DNA of 24,768 bases. Source: a virus (Duplodnaviria > Heunggongvirae > Uroviricota > Caudoviricetes). Both the position numbers and the translations under genes were made by a program. Positions 1-9,335 of the stretch are shown here, one piece after another; position 1 is the stretch's first letter; each line of letters opens with the position of its first letter. The notes beneath the pieces are model-generated. The model did no database searches. It was not told the origin of the DNA and saw only the letters and a program-made list of their open reading frames with translations. The stretch lies in the IMG/VR virus record IMGVR_UViG_2778261381_000006, positions 1 to 24,768 of that record; one strand, 5' to 3'.

Positions 1-810
1 ATTACAGCGCACTAAGACCGCACGAATATAATGGTGGGTTACCACCAAACGAATCGGAAAATCGATACTGGAAAAAACTCTAACTCGGTGGCCAGTTTTT
101 GTTGACCACTTCATATGACGCCCTTTATTAACCACGATTGAGCCGTCGTTGATGCCGCGTACCATCGTTGCGACACTTCCCCATTCATGCAGCAGCTCTT
201 TCGCACCGCCAGCACCAATGCCTCCAACACCGCTAATGTTGTCCGAGTTATCGCCTTGTAATGCTTTTGCTTCCAAAAATGCGCGAGGCGTGGCGAATCC
301 TGTCAGCTCCGCAAATTGCTCAAAATTAACCTGCTTGTTTTTGGCGTCTTCACGCAGGCTTACCCAGCTTACGTTTTCACGAACTAACTGAAGCCAGTCG
401 CTATCGCCTGTTAACAGATAGATGTGTTCAACGGTTGGCTGCGGTGCCATGCGGGATACCAGCAGCCCGGCCAGATCATCCGCTTCTGCATCTTTTGCAA
501 TGAGTTGGGTAACTCCAAGCGCGGTCATCATTTTGAGGATGTATGGCTTCTGGATAGCAAAGCCTTCCTTCATCTTTTTCATATCAGGATCGTCGTCGCG
601 ATTTGCTTTGTAGTCCGGGTAAAAGTCGCGACGCTTGTCACTAAATCCATCCCAAAGAATCATAGGTCGGGCATGGAGGATGGAGGCATAACGACGGACG
701 TTCTTAACAAAGCCGAAAGCAGCCTGTACTTCCATTTCGCCGTTGTGCAATTTGTCAGATTGTTGGTGGTAATAACCCAGGCTATTGCCATCTACGAAGA
801 GATAATTCAC
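1..810 (-). CDS. 5'-3' exonuclease / flap endonuclease (FEN; T5 D15 / Pol I N-terminal domain-like); C-terminus truncated by window start
   Basis: Minus-strand translation from GTG at 808-810 gives VNYLFVDGNSLGYYHQ... (N-terminal nuclease motif) and GDNSDNISGVGGIGAGGAKELL (H3TH motif). GGAAGG lies 9 nt upstream of the GTG. Not in the ORF track because it has no stop inside the window. Confidence 0.8.
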   Translation of the reverse strand, partial: MNYLFVDGNSLGYYHQQSDKLHNGEMEVQAAFGFVKNVRRYASILHARPMILWDGFSDKRRDFYPDYKANRDDDPDMKKMKEGFAIQKPYILKMMTALGVTQLIAKDAEADDLAGLLVSRMAPQPTVEHIYLLTGDSDWLQLVRENVSWVSLREDAKNKQVNFEQFAELTGFATPRAFLEAKALQGDNSDNISGVGGIGAGGAKELLHEWGSVATMVRGINDGSIVVNKGRHMKWSTKTGHRVRVFSSIDFPIRLVVTHHYIRAVLVRCN

Positions 811-825
811 CGGTACATTCCTTCC

Positions 826-854
826 AAAAAGTAAGGCGTCCGTAGACGCCTTAC
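826..854 (-). terminator. Intrinsic terminator after the SSB gene
   Basis: Perfect 10-bp stem (gtaaggcgtc / gacgccttac, loop cgta) at 831-854, followed on the minus strand by TTTTT. Confidence 0.6.
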
Positions 855-870
855 TGGTCACGTAATGGGA

Positions 871-1899
871 TTACAGAGAGTCCAGCTCTCTCAGTAGGTC
901 ATCCAGACCTTCATCTTCCGTCGCAGATGCGGCTGCTACAGATGTCGCTGCGACTGCTTCAGACTCTTTGACTGATACTGCAACGGCAGCGGAACTTGCT
1001 TCTGGTTTAAATTCAGTTTCAACGGCACGGAGGATTTCTTCATCAACCAGACTGGTTGGTTCAGAAGCCGGTGTGTGCGCGGTTGCTACAGCCGTCGCTC
1101 CTTCTGTATGACCAGTGACAGAGCCAAATCCAGGTAGTGCCGCAGCCGATGTTTTCGCGGTTGAGGAAATTGCTGGTGCAGATGCTGCGGCAGTTGGTGC
1201 AGCGATGCCAATCAGACGACCCATAGTGCGAACTGTCGACAGAAGACGAGTTTCATCAGCCTGATTTGCGTATGCGATCAGATCATGCTGGGTGTTCCAG
1301 AATTTATCTTCGATATCGCCTTTGTAGACTTTACGCTTAGGCGAGACGTCATATTTGGTATCGCGACCAGAGCCAGTACGTTTAATCAGGAATGCGTAGC
1401 CTTCCTCTTTGCTCAGTGGATTGCCGATATCATCAGCGATGTCTTCGGTGATTGCTTTGCAGATATCATCGAATACAGTAGACGGCAGCTCGATTAACTG
1501 GCATTTCTCAGCATCTGCGAAATCCTCACGAGCAGAAAGAATGCCGTTGACCAGGTAGCGAGGAGTGGCACGCATTTGACCGATGCGTTCTTCCATTGCT
1601 TTGTTACCCTTGTGACGAGCGCGACCTTCCATAACCATTTCGCATAGCTGACAAGCGCGACCGTGAGTATGTTGCTCACAAATATAAGCGTTGGTTGCTT
1701 CTTTACCTTCCTCGTTCTGATACTTAACGTAGTGCATACCGAAAGTCTGGAAGAACTTACCGTTTGGGTCGTCTTTATTCGGGAAGATGCGGATATAGTT
1801 GACGCCGTCTTTTAAGCGAGTCAGATCAACGTTGTTGCCACGTTTGGCGGCAATGTCTTCACGAGTTTTGTTAAGCAAATCAAGTAATGTCTTAGACAT
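871..1899 (-). CDS. Single-stranded DNA-binding protein, T4 gp32-like
   Basis: His/Cys cluster (EQHTHGRACQLCEM) resembling the gp32 zinc site, a long Ala/Ser/Thr-rich linker, and an acidic C-terminal tail (EDEGLDDLLRELDSL). Strong RBS AAGGAGAAA before the ATG. Confidence 0.65.
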   Translation of the reverse strand: MSKTLLDLLNKTREDIAAKRGNNVDLTRLKDGVNYIRIFPNKDDPNGKFFQTFGMHYVKYQNEEGKEATNAYICEQHTHGRACQLCEMVMEGRARHKGNKAMEERIGQMRATPRYLVNGILSAREDFADAEKCQLIELPSTVFDDICKAITEDIADDIGNPLSKEEGYAFLIKRTGSGRDTKYDVSPKRKVYKGDIEDKFWNTQHDLIAYANQADETRLLSTVRTMGRLIGIAAPTAAASAPAISSTAKTSAAALPGFGSVTGHTEGATAVATAHTPASEPTSLVDEEILRAVETEFKPEASSAAVAVSVKESEAVAATSVAAASATEDEGLDDLLRELDSL

Positions 1900-2016
1900 G
1901 TGTTTCTCCTTGTTGTGATTTGGCCGATGGCGCTATGCGCGTTGGGCTTTCGTTCATTCGTGGCTCTTTCGAGCTGTTAAATGATAGATCAGTACTTACT
2001 TATTATCTATCAAAAA

Positions 2017-2448
2017 TCAACGGGGAGTAATAAAGCGTTCAGAGCCTAATCGCTCTAATTCAACGATGGCCATCTTTGACGCCTGAACGATCATGTCTCG
2101 GCGATGCGAAAAGGCGGCGACAGCATGTTTGTATATGTCTGCGATGTGCCGTGCTTCATCCAACTTCTGCCGTTTAGACAGATACTGTGGGTTTGTTTTA
2201 ACCTTAGCGTCCAGTACAGACTCGTTGAACTTAATGCCGTTCATACTCAAGTTCTTACGCTCTGTGTCGTATAGCTTTGCTTCAACAGCTTCAAGGTTAA
2301 GTTTTGCCTCTGCGACATCTCGATCTGCCTGCGCTAGTTTTGACCCATACTCCATTAAAAGCCGTGGCTGTTTACGCCATACTTCCTCAAGGTTGTCGCG
2401 GTCGAACTCCAGATCGGCCATGATTTTAGAAAAAATATCAGTGTTCAC
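2017..2448 (-). CDS. Hypothetical protein (143 aa), coiled-coil rich; possibly a recombination mediator by position next to SSB
   Basis: Clean ORF co-oriented with SSB and FEN; no recognisable catalytic motif. The UvsY-like idea rests on size and neighbourhood only. Confidence 0.5.
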   Translation of the reverse strand: MNTDIFSKIMADLEFDRDNLEEVWRKQPRLLMEYGSKLAQADRDVAEAKLNLEAVEAKLYDTERKNLSMNGIKFNESVLDAKVKTNPQYLSKRQKLDEARHIADIYKHAVAAFSHRRDMIVQASKMAIVELERLGSERFITPR

Positions 2449-2657
2449 TCTAATAGGTTCCTACTTATAAAATCTGTATCAATTATATCAAACAGAGAAC
2501 GGGTTTATGGCGTCATGTCAACTTTGTTCAGGGGAAAAATATTGAGATCACCGAAGATAATTAGTTGTCTTATTTTGGTAAGCTGTGCTGACCATCTTTA
2601 GGTCACATACATGAGATGGATGGGGGTGTGGCATGAACGGATGAAATTCAGTCGCCG

Positions 2658-2686
2658 TTGACAGATGTCAACACTGTGAATAGAAT
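2658..2686 (+). promoter_or_regulatory. Sigma70-type promoter with an operator-like palindrome over the -35
   Basis: TTGACA (2658-2663), 17-bp spacer, TAGAAT (2681-2686). TTGACA-ga-TGTCAA palindrome at 2658-2671. GGAGG RBS then ATG at 2704. Confidence 0.6.
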
Positions 2687-2703
2687 ACTATTATCGGAGG
2701 CGA

Positions 2704-2928
2704 ATGAAGCAACATCCGAATAAGCATATTCAAGCAGCCATTGACTATGCATTAAGTAAAGGCTGGATCTGGGTAGCAGCTGGTGGTGCTGCACATTGTT
2801 TTTGCAGACTGCGATGCGGTAATCCAGAAGGTGAACACAAAACTCACCAAATGAGCGTATGGTCGACTCCGGGTAATCCCGAAAACCATGCCAAACAGAT
2901 CAAACGAATGGTTGATCGTTGTAAATGA
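2704..2928 (+). CDS. Small HicA-like protein (74 aa), putative toxin of a two-gene module
   Basis: Pattern GW...GG.AH.F.R...G......H.MSVWSTP..NHAKQIKRMV resembles the HicA/YcfA fold signature as I recall it. Consensus promoter and RBS. The assignment is tentative. Confidence 0.45.
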   Translation: MKQHPNKHIQAAIDYALSKGWIWVAAGGAAHCFCRLRCGNPEGEHKTHQMSVWSTPGNPENHAKQIKRMVDRCK

Positions 2929-2988
2929 TTTCAAGGCGGCATTAGCCGCCTTTTGCAGAAACTGTCCAACTATCTTCAAAGGAAAACT

Positions 2989-3552
2989 ATGGCGCTTTAT
3001 AACTTCACTCTGACGCTCTCAGGCGTATCGTATGAGACGGAAGGACTGGAAGACGCGCTGTACCAAAACGGCTGTGACGATGCGCTAATTTGCGCATATG
3101 GAAACTCCGTCTATGTAGAATTTGACCGCGAAGCACAATCACTTGATGCAGCTATCGCATCTGCGGTCGACAATATTGAATCAGCCGGTATCGGTGCAAT
3201 TGTTGAATCCGTCGACTCGGCTCTTGTGGGCTTAAGCGATATCGCGGAACTGACAGACCTGTCTCGCCAGGCAGTGGCGTTGCTCAAAGACGGTAAGCGC
3301 GGAAGCGGCGACTTCCCTTGCCCTGTACAACGCATAAAAGGCCAGTCTCCTCTCTGGGATTGGGCTGATGTGGCTGAATGGCTCATGAATAACGGACGAC
3401 TTAAAGAGGGCGATCAAATTGTCCAAAATGCCCGAACTTTGAGTAAATGGAATCTGGCGCTTCGAAACAGCGTCTCGAAAGATTTCAACGAAATAGAGCA
3501 AATTGCGGAGAAACTGATTAAACGCCGCAAAGATATTGCGAAATGCGCATAA
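2989..3552 (+). CDS. HicB-like / HTH DNA-binding protein (putative antitoxin-regulator); start taken at ATG 2989, not the track's TTG 2953
   Basis: AAGGAAAA RBS before ATG 2989. N-terminal region has a HicB-like pattern (Y.FTLTL...NGCDDALI...). Helix-turn-helix-like stretch GLSDIAELTDLSRQAVALLKDG. Lies immediately downstream of the HicA-like gene. Confidence 0.55.
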   Translation: MALYNFTLTLSGVSYETEGLEDALYQNGCDDALICAYGNSVYVEFDREAQSLDAAIASAVDNIESAGIGAIVESVDSALVGLSDIAELTDLSRQAVALLKDGKRGSGDFPCPVQRIKGQSPLWDWADVAEWLMNNGRLKEGDQIVQNARTLSKWNLALRNSVSKDFNEIEQIAEKLIKRRKDIAKCA

Positions 3553-3553
3553 T

Positions 3554-3585
3554 GATGCCCGCCAATTGGCGGGCATCTGTTCTCT
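3554..3585 (+). terminator. Intrinsic terminator after the HicB-like gene
   Basis: GC-rich 10-bp stem gatgcccgcc / ggcgggcatc (loop aatt) at 3554-3577, followed by a T-rich run. Confidence 0.6.
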
Positions 3586-3668
3586 GTAAAGGTGTCTGGC
3601 ATCGTCTGGTTCGTTAACGTTTACTAAACCAATGGTGACAAAAATTAGTTATCTTTGAAAAATAAAGG

Positions 3669-3881
3669 TTGCATGAAAAGAAGGGGTATGCGTTAATAGC
3701 ATCGTTGGTTTGCAAGACAGACCTTATGTAAGCAGTTTTAGTAAAGCAGTCTCAGTTCAGTGTTATCTTCTGATTTCCCTTCTTCGTGAGTCTCCTCCTT
3801 AAGTGCCTAAGTAAGTCCCAATCTATACAGATCAAATTCTCGCCGCACTATGTGGCTCACAAAATTAAGAAGGTAATATCT
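3669..3881 (+). promoter_or_regulatory. Cold-shock gene promoter and long 5'UTR
   Basis: TTGCAT -35 (3669-3674), 17-bp spacer, GTTAAT -10, as in the E. coli cspA promoter. The following ~180-nt leader has cold-box-like sequence (tgcaagacagacc ... aaagcagt ... aagtccc) and an attaagaaggtaatatct ATG end like csp leaders. Confidence 0.6.
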
Positions 3882-4097
3882 ATGTCTAATAAAATGACTG
3901 GTTTAGTAAAATGGTTTAACTCTGATAAAGGCTTTGGCTTTATTTCTCCTGCTGATGGCAGTAAAGATGTTTTTGTACATTTTTCGGCAATTCAGAGTAA
4001 TAATTTCCGCACTTTGGAAGAAGGCCAGCAGGTCGAATTCTCTATCGAGAATGGGGCTAAAGGCCCAGCAGCAGCAAATGTCGTTGCTCTAAGCTGA
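3882..4097 (+). CDS. Cold-shock protein, CspA family (CspB/CspG/CspI-like)
   Basis: [38 protein letters not shown]... is near-identical to the enterobacterial CspA paralogues, including the RNP1/RNP2 motifs. Real start is ATG 3882, inside the track ORF 3786-4097. Confidence 0.9.
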   Translation: MSNKMTGLVKWFNSDKGFGFISPADGSKDVFVHFSAIQSNNFRTLEEGQQVEFSIENGAKGPAAANVVALS

Positions 4098-4183
4098 TTC
4101 AACGCTGATGATCCTCATTTCTACAATAACGAAGACGGTGTAAGCCTGAGTGGATAGATTTGTAGGATTGTACAAGTTGAATA

Positions 4184-4210
4184 AATTAGCATGGTAAGGC
4201 CATGCTAATT
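4184..4210. terminator. Hairpin in the convergent gap between csp and dnaE-like genes
   Basis: Perfect 11-bp inverted repeat aattagcatgg / ccatgctaatt with loop taagg. Confidence 0.45.
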
Positions 4211-4373
4211 AAATCGACACAACGGCCAGTTTATTCCATAAAAGTGAATTGCCCATTGTGGCGAAATGCGGGGTTGCCGCATGAATAGTCAAAGGCAGAA
4301 GCTAACTGCCGGCATGGCAAAACAAAGTGCGTAAGAGGAGTGACTTCCTCAACAAGCGCCATAATTCTTTATA

Positions 4374-4400
4374 AACCCGCCAACAGGCGGGTTTTCTTTA
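4374..4400 (+). terminator. Intrinsic terminator for the plus-strand csp transcript
   Basis: Stem aacccgcc / ggcgggtt (loop aaca) followed by ttttctttatt; overlaps the stop of the dnaE-like gene. Confidence 0.5.
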
Positions 4401-7400
4401 TTACTTATTTATTGTCTCCGCGATATCAGCCAGAATGGCCTCCAGTCGCTCTCCTTCTTCCGGTCGGAAGTACAGGATATTCGGGTTAAATCCGTAGAAG
4501 ACGGTTGCATCAAGCTCTGGGAAGTACTCCTTACGACCAATCAGATCTGATGGTTTACTCTTATTGTTAAATAGTGCGGTTGAACGACTACCACACGTCA
4601 AAATGTAGGTTGGTCGTACAAGATTAATTTCTTCCCGCATAAAGTCTGTGAACTGGCCTATCTCGTCTTTGGTATAGTCTTTCTCTTTGTCCTTAACCTT
4701 CTTACAAACACCCGTGACATAAAGATCGCCCATGCGCAGATCTCCAACTGTCAGTAGTTTTGCCTTAAAGTCGTCGTATCCGTTCTCCATGAAGTAGCCG
4801 GTACGAGCGTCATTGCCGTTCGCATTGTCCAGAATGATCATGATTTTGGGTTTAATACCAATAGTCGGGCGTATCAACTCCTCACCCAAGCCCATTTCAG
4901 CCGCCATACGTGTCATGAGTACGTTGATTTCGGCAGAACGCTTAGGATTCATTTCGAACGGACGTGATGCTTTAACAGCGTCAATGATGAGATTGCCCAT
5001 CAGCTCAGCCTGGTCGCGCAGTCGTTCAGGATCAGTTGCTGGCAGACTGCCTGGCTCAATTGACGCAAAAGCCCCTACTTTATGAAGCGACTCGCGTACA
5101 CGACTGTTACATGCACGCTTCTCGACCGCTTCATCGAATTGTGCCACTGACTCGAATTTGCCACCAACTTTCTCACGCGCACGCATAATTGCCTGACAAC
5201 CATTTTCAGAACAGCCTTTCACAGCAGAGAATGGCGCATACAGTGCCTGACTGCCGTCTTCGAGTGTGCGGATCTCAATTCGGTTAGATGACACATTAAC
5301 GTCTGGTGGCAATACGCGAATGCCATAGGTCAGCGCATCCTTCACCAGCCCCTGATGCTTATCCTCGCCCAGAATGGTGAGCGCAGCTGCGAAGAACTCA
5401 GCAGGGTAGTGCGTCTTTAGCCACATAGACTGATAACTGATTAAAGAATAAGAAACGGAGTGTGATTTATTGAACTGATAGGCTCCGTTTTTCTCAAATG
5501 CGGTCCAGATCTCCTTCGCTTTCATCTCTGATAGCCCTGGATGTGACGCTGTAACGCGTACTGCGTTTATAGGTAGTTTTGCGCCGTGCTCAAGTGCCTC
5601 TTCGACAGTTTTCAGAGTTCCGTCTTCGCATTTAAAATGTTCCGCACGGTGAATGCGCTGTGTAGTGCCATCTTCCAGCTCAACGTCTATCCAGCCAGCT
5701 TGAGCCTGAACGATGAACTTCTCGCCCATGCTCTTCATTTTTTCCATGTTCTTCTTACCGATTGCGGAACGCACAGCGTCAGCTTCAGCCATTGTGAAGC
5801 CGGCAAGCAATCGAGTCGCGTTCATCGTCTGTTCCTGATAGAGAATCACGCCATTTGTTTCCGCGGTAAGTTCATCAAGAACGGGGTGTAATGATTCCGG
5901 CGTCATAAAGCCTTTGGCGACAGAAACATAGTCATCCAACATGCCTGATTGAATTGGCCCCGGCCGGAAGAGCGCAGTTGTAGCGACGACCGTTTTAAAG
6001 CTCATTGGCTCAATTCCACCACCTAAATCTTTAAGCAGCTTGCGCATTGGGCCTGATTCAAGCTGGAAAACACCTTGAGTGTACCCAGCAGCAAAACCAT
6101 CCAGCACCTTGCGATCTTCAAGAGAAATGGCATCAAGATTGATATCTTCACCTGTGTTCTCTTTTATGTAGCGTTTTGCACTATCGAGCAAATCGAGAGT
6201 TGCCAGGCCAAGCACGTCCAGCTTAATTAGGCCCATAGCCTCGCAGTAACGCTTGTCAAATGCGATACAACGCGCGTCACCACGGCGCTCAACCGGTGTA
6301 CGTTCTGTCAGAGGAACACCTGCTACGATCATCCCTGCCGCATGTCTACCAAAGCCACGCATAAGGCTTTGTAACTTGCAGGCTGCATTGAATGCATCAG
6401 GATATTTTGTTGCGTATTTGTCGAGACTTGCCAGTTGTTCGCGCAGTTCTTCCAATGGAAGGCTATCATCCTCAGCGTTCTTCAGTTCTTTTGATACCGC
6501 CATATCTGCGGACTCCACACCATAAATACGAGCGGTGTCACGTAGTGCAGAGGCTGCGCCCAGGTAGGTGAAGTTCGGAATGCCTGCAACGTAATCTTCG
6601 CCGTAGCGTTCATTCAGATACTCGATCACCTCATGGCGACGTGCCTGGCTGAAGTCCAAATCCGCATCTGGCAAGTCGAGACGCTCAGGGTTGATGAAAC
6701 GTTCAAACAGAAGACCGTGACGGATAGGGTCGACGTTGGTTATGCCTATGCACCATGCCACCAAAGAGCCAGCGGAGGAACCACGACCAGGCCCGACAGG
6801 AATGCCAGTTTCACGGCTGTGATTCATCAGATCGCGTACCATCAGGAAGTAACCACAAAATCCCAGGCGAGTAAGCGTGTCCATTTCGTACTTAAGTCGC
6901 TCAACATAAACCCTGTTCTCAGAAGCCGGTGGTGTGTATCCAAACTCTTTTGTGGTAAGACGTTTACGCAGCCCTGCAACAGCCAGTTTCATCAGCGTTG
7001 CAGGTTCGTCGTCTGCCATCTTGGGCAGTGCTGGTGGCAATTCATGCCAGCGCCATGTACAGGCTTCGATAATGGAGTCCTGCGTTGTTGAGGCCATTGC
7101 AGCTGTTACCGGCACATCCATGCGAACGGAGAAGGCTTTAAGCGCCTCAAGGAGATGGCGGCGACCATTGACGGCGTTATCTCGCTGGTGGGGTATACGC
7201 AGACGATGCGGCTGGTCGATTTTTATGTTGTTCGTAACCATGTGCGCAATGTCTTTAATGTCTGCATCGTCGATCGATTCGTAATAAGCGGGATAGAACG
7301 CTACTGGCTCTATTTTCAGTGCGCTGGCTACTTTCATCGCTCGGACGTTAATCTGGTCGTAGAATGGGGTAGGGTGCGGATAAACCACGCTATAGAAGTT

Positions 7401-7919
7401 GTCTTTCCCGCCCGCTGTAATCAGTGAGCTTATGATTTTTGCAAAATCGTTGCGTTGGAACACGCTACCGATGTCGGAAGTGAGCAGGATGATGTTGCCT
7501 TTGGCATATGTAGAAACCAACTGTTCGAGCGAGAGACGCGGTACAAAGTAGAACTGTTCTCGTGTGTTGGCCACCGTCATTAGTTCGCAGATGTCGCGAT
7601 ATCCTTGCTCATTTTTAATTAGAGCGGTAAACGAGTAGTTACGTCCCCGCTCTAATGATTCCATACATCTCATAGATTCTTTAGCAAGTTTAGCCCGGTG
7701 CTCGTATGTGGGATCATCAACGATATTTAGTTTCACACCACAAATAACCGCCATGTCGTCACCAGCGGCACGTTGTAGTGGAATAACACTCGCAATATTC
7801 ATGCTATCTGCTGAAATTACAGCGGTGTAGCCAGCTTCTCTGGCAATCTTCACCGCGTTTTCTGCTTTTAGAGCCGACTCCCCAAGTGAGAAGTCAGTTC
7901 GAACCATCAGTGCTTTCAT
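4401..7919 (-). CDS. dnaE: DNA polymerase III alpha subunit homologue (DnaE-type, C-family replicative polymerase), phage-encoded
   Basis: 1172 aa. N-terminal PHP-like region. Signature blocks match E. coli DnaE: GFCGYFLMVRDLMNHSRETGIPVGPGRGSSAGSLVAWCIGITNVDPI...LLFERFINPER, YQEQTMNATRLLAGFTMAEADAVRSAIGKK, GAYQFNKSHSVSYSLISYQSMWLKTHYPAEF. Divergent elsewhere, consistent with a phage copy. Confidence 0.85.
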   Translation of the reverse strand: MKALMVRTDFSLGESALKAENAVKIAREAGYTAVISADSMNIASVIPLQRAAGDDMAVICGVKLNIVDDPTYEHRAKLAKESMRCMESLERGRNYSFTALIKNEQGYRDICELMTVANTREQFYFVPRLSLEQLVSTYAKGNIILLTSDIGSVFQRNDFAKIISSLITAGGKDNFYSVVYPHPTPFYDQINVRAMKVASALKIEPVAFYPAYYESIDDADIKDIAHMVTNNIKIDQPHRLRIPHQRDNAVNGRRHLLEALKAFSVRMDVPVTAAMASTTQDSIIEACTWRWHELPPALPKMADDEPATLMKLAVAGLRKRLTTKEFGYTPPASENRVYVERLKYEMDTLTRLGFCGYFLMVRDLMNHSRETGIPVGPGRGSSAGSLVAWCIGITNVDPIRHGLLFERFINPERLDLPDADLDFSQARRHEVIEYLNERYGEDYVAGIPNFTYLGAASALRDTARIYGVESADMAVSKELKNAEDDSLPLEELREQLASLDKYATKYPDAFNAACKLQSLMRGFGRHAAGMIVAGVPLTERTPVERRGDARCIAFDKRYCEAMGLIKLDVLGLATLDLLDSAKRYIKENTGEDINLDAISLEDRKVLDGFAAGYTQGVFQLESGPMRKLLKDLGGGIEPMSFKTVVATTALFRPGPIQSGMLDDYVSVAKGFMTPESLHPVLDELTAETNGVILYQEQTMNATRLLAGFTMAEADAVRSAIGKKNMEKMKSMGEKFIVQAQAGWIDVELEDGTTQRIHRAEHFKCEDGTLKTVEEALEHGAKLPINAVRVTASHPGLSEMKAKEIWTAFEKNGAYQFNKSHSVSYSLISYQSMWLKTHYPAEFFAAALTILGEDKHQGLVKDALTYGIRVLPPDVNVSSNRIEIRTLEDGSQALYAPFSAVKGCSENGCQAIMRAREKVGGKFESVAQFDEAVEKRACNSRVRESLHKVGAFASIEPGSLPATDPERLRDQAELMGNLIIDAVKASRPFEMNPKRSAEINVLMTRMAAEMGLGEELIRPTIGIKPKIMIILDNANGNDARTGYFMENGYDDFKAKLLTVGDLRMGDLYVTGVCKKVKDKEKDYTKDEIGQFTDFMREEINLVRPTYILTCGSRSTALFNNKSKPSDLIGRKEYFPELDATVFYGFNPNILYFRPEEGERLEAILADIAETINK

Positions 7920-8103
7920 GTGTTTTTACCTTTATGGTTTTTTTGATTTTGTCATTGGGGAAGCCTACGAACTTCCCATACATCGAAATCGCAACTTCTT
8001 TTGCTGATTGGTGACAATCGGGCTTGTCTGGACATACCAGACAAGCCTTACCAGTTTCAGAAGCAGCGATAAGAGAGCCGAAACATCCTTTACGCACGAT
8101 CAA
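7894..8103 (-). CDS. Small Cys-rich ORF (69 aa), possible zinc-ribbon protein; uncertain
   Basis: TTG start overlaps the stop of the upstream AAA+ gene and the 3' end overlaps the dnaE-like start. Contains C...CLVCPDKPDC. No clear RBS. Confidence 0.25.
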   Translation of the reverse strand: MIVRKGCFGSLIAASETGKACLVCPDKPDCHQSAKEVAISMYGKFVGFPNDKIKKTIKVKTHESTDGSN

Positions 8104-9335
8104 CCAAATATTTTTTGAACAACTTCACGAGCCGCTTGTGCAGAAGCTGAAGGGAGTTTGTTAATGAAAGAACGCTCAATACCTGTCACAAAGTCGCCTC
8201 GCATCATTCCAATCTTGGCCGACAACAAAAGTTCACGAGGGCCAATTGGCTGACTGATAAGGTGTTCTTCGTATCCATCGCGAACGATACCGGCAAACTT
8301 AACCATCTTTTCTGCGTATTCATCCACGATACCGGCATTTATCAACATGTTGATCTCTGCCTCTTTGCTCATGTATTTCACATTCGAAACGATGCCAAAA
8401 CGCGAAAAGTTCGCGGCGTTCTGGATGTTTGTACCCTGGTACAAGCCGGTTTCATCACCAGATCCGTTCGTGTTGCCAGTGCCAATGAAAGCAAACCGTT
8501 CATGCGGAGTAATGCGACGCCATTCTGGAGTCGCCTCTTTGATGACCAACGCTTCACCTTCCAGCACTGGCTGATACACGCCAAGAATCTGTGGAAACGC
8601 AAAGTCGTATTCATCCGCGAGGTAAACCCAGCCATGCTTCATTGCGAGCGCAAGCAAGCCAGGCTCGAAATACGTAGAGCCATCACGCGCCAGAATTTGC
8701 CCCGTAACATGTGCCTCTTCCATTGATGCTGTATGTTGGGCACGGATCAACGGACGATTGAGCAAAGCACATAGTTGTGTAGGCAATGACGATTTGCCTG
8801 TTCCTGCATGACCCCACAAATAGCCAGGTATGCCAAGTTCAAGCATCATGAAAATGTCTTTGATCAGTTCGAAGTCGCCATATACGTAGCCCTTCTTCAC
8901 TTCTGGAACGAACTCTGGAAACGGCGTATTGACGTTGACGCTAACCATGAGCGGCGTCCCACGTTTTGTTCCGAGTTCTTTCACCGTTACATTTAGCAGT
9001 TCGTGAGCTGCGACCAGATCTGTCTTGTACTCAACTGTGCCTGTGTAGCCTGGGCTACTGGTCACGCCAGATGATTTGGCCATTTCGCTTTTTTGCTCGG
9101 CACGTTTAGCTTGAATTGCATCAAGTGCCTTTTTCGATAGCGTTGGTTCATCTGGAAACTGCGTTGTGTACATTTTCAGTACGGTGTCAGGATCGGCATC
9201 TTTTACTGACTCAGGAATGCCCTCGCAATTACCATTGGCTACATGGGACTTAAAATAGTGAAATGATTTGCCGCACCACTTGCAAACAAGGTAATCAGAA
9301 GGATTTTTATCATTTTGCAGTGCAGTAGTAGTCAT
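8100..9335 (-). CDS. AAA+ ATPase, MoxR/CobS-like, with N-terminal Cys-rich region
   Basis: Walker A GHAGTGKSS, Walker B VYLADEYD, AAA_5-like spacing. N-terminal CKWCGKSFHYFKSHVANGNCEG. Directly downstream of the vWA gene on the same strand. Confidence 0.8.
   Translation of the reverse strand: MTTTALQNDKNPSDYLVCKWCGKSFHYFKSHVANGNCEGIPESVKDADPDTVLKMYTTQFPDEPTLSKKALDAIQAKRAEQKSEMAKSSGVTSSPGYTGTVEYKTDLVAAHELLNVTVKELGTKRGTPLMVSVNVNTPFPEFVPEVKKGYVYGDFELIKDIFMMLELGIPGYLWGHAGTGKSSLPTQLCALLNRPLIRAQHTASMEEAHVTGQILARDGSTYFEPGLLALAMKHGWVYLADEYDFAFPQILGVYQPVLEGEALVIKEATPEWRRITPHERFAFIGTGNTNGSGDETGLYQGTNIQNAANFSRFGIVSNVKYMSKEAEINMLINAGIVDEYAEKMVKFAGIVRDGYEEHLISQPIGPRELLLSAKIGMMRGDFVTGIERSFINKLPSASAQAAREVVQKIFG

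Noticed and set aside
149-834. Plus-strand ORFs 149-391, 422-613 and 424-834
   Set aside because: They are antisense to the minus-strand FEN/5'-3' exonuclease frame, which has clear nuclease motifs. The plus-strand products are low-complexity with no RBS.
4184-4210. ATGGTAAGG inside the 4184-4210 hairpin as another promoter-motif instance
   Set aside because: Here the bases form the loop and stem of a perfect 11-bp terminator-like hairpin in a convergent gap, so it is more likely structural than regulatory.
4813-7427. Internal plus-strand ORFs within the polymerase gene (4813-5085, 5586-5891, 6253-6525, 6633-7091, 6934-7284, 7155-7427)
   Set aside because: They are antisense to the 1172-aa DnaE-type polymerase, whose signature motifs span the whole region.
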